Shown here: piece after piece, positions 59,643 through 59,741 of the stretch
How positions within the stretch are numbered: position 1 is the stretch's first letter
Layout of the letters: each line of letters opens with the position of its first letter
Position numbers and translations under genes: made by a program
Assembly (NCBI GenBank): GCA_049472335.1
Contig: JBLIRO010000026.1
Location: forward strand, 1 to 59,741
DNA from: a bacterium
Lineage (GTDB): Bacteria; SZUA-182; DTGQ01; JAFGSM01
DNA: 59,741 nucleotides
Reading direction: 5' to 3'
The notes under the pieces: generated by a model
The model's database searches: none
What the model saw: the letters and a program-made list of their open reading frames with translations, nothing else
What the model was told of the DNA's origin: nothing

Positions 59643-59741
59643 GATGTTATGAAGTTTTATAAATTTGGAGGAGCCACCATTGTATGATAAATCTCTAATC
59701 TTATATACATGAATTTTAACTAAATGAACTACGGGCGATAT

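Noticed and set aside
56019..59681. 12-bp direct repeat GGAGCCACCATT (56019 and 59670) as an att/target duplication
   Set aside because: 12-mer repeats are expected by chance in 60 kb, and there is no integrase or transposase.

Overview
AT-rich, diderm (Gram-negative-type) bacterial chromosomal window, probably from an anaerobic deltaproteobacterium-like or candidate-phylum organism (inference from lptD, beta-barrels, sigma54 motifs and B12-radical SAM). Left to right: the 3' part of a large Rhs/YD-repeat protein; an AT-rich three-gene islet (SDH/ClpP-fold protease, 57-aa acidic ORF, putative PemK/MazF-fold protein) where the Rhs immunity gene would be expected; a B12-radical SAM gene of the ladderane/unusual-lipid type; three envelope genes; a CHAT-STAND-TPR (NLR-like) gene split by one amber codon and flanked by a 3-TM protein and a small Cys protein; an unusual-lipid operon (phytoene-desaturase-like, ACP, radical SAM, ATP-grasp, acyltransferase, methyltransferase, two paralogous beta-barrels, a peptidase/propeller/Omp85-like protein, FabG); an OMP pseudogene; a reverse-transcriptase remnant; an SSS symporter; a duplicated deacetylase-like protein; a histidine kinase paired with a receiver-less, catalytically degenerate sigma54 activator; an FN3 lipoprotein; accD-folC-lptD; a subtilase; an IS remnant; and a Ser/Thr kinase, PP2C, FHA and fused TssB-TssC sheath module. 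No rRNA, canonical tRNA or CRISPR array was seen. The best candidates for undescribed systems are the protease/peptide/MazF-like islet and the TM/CHAT-NLR/Cys-protein module. All family assignments come from motif recognition by eye; no searches were run.
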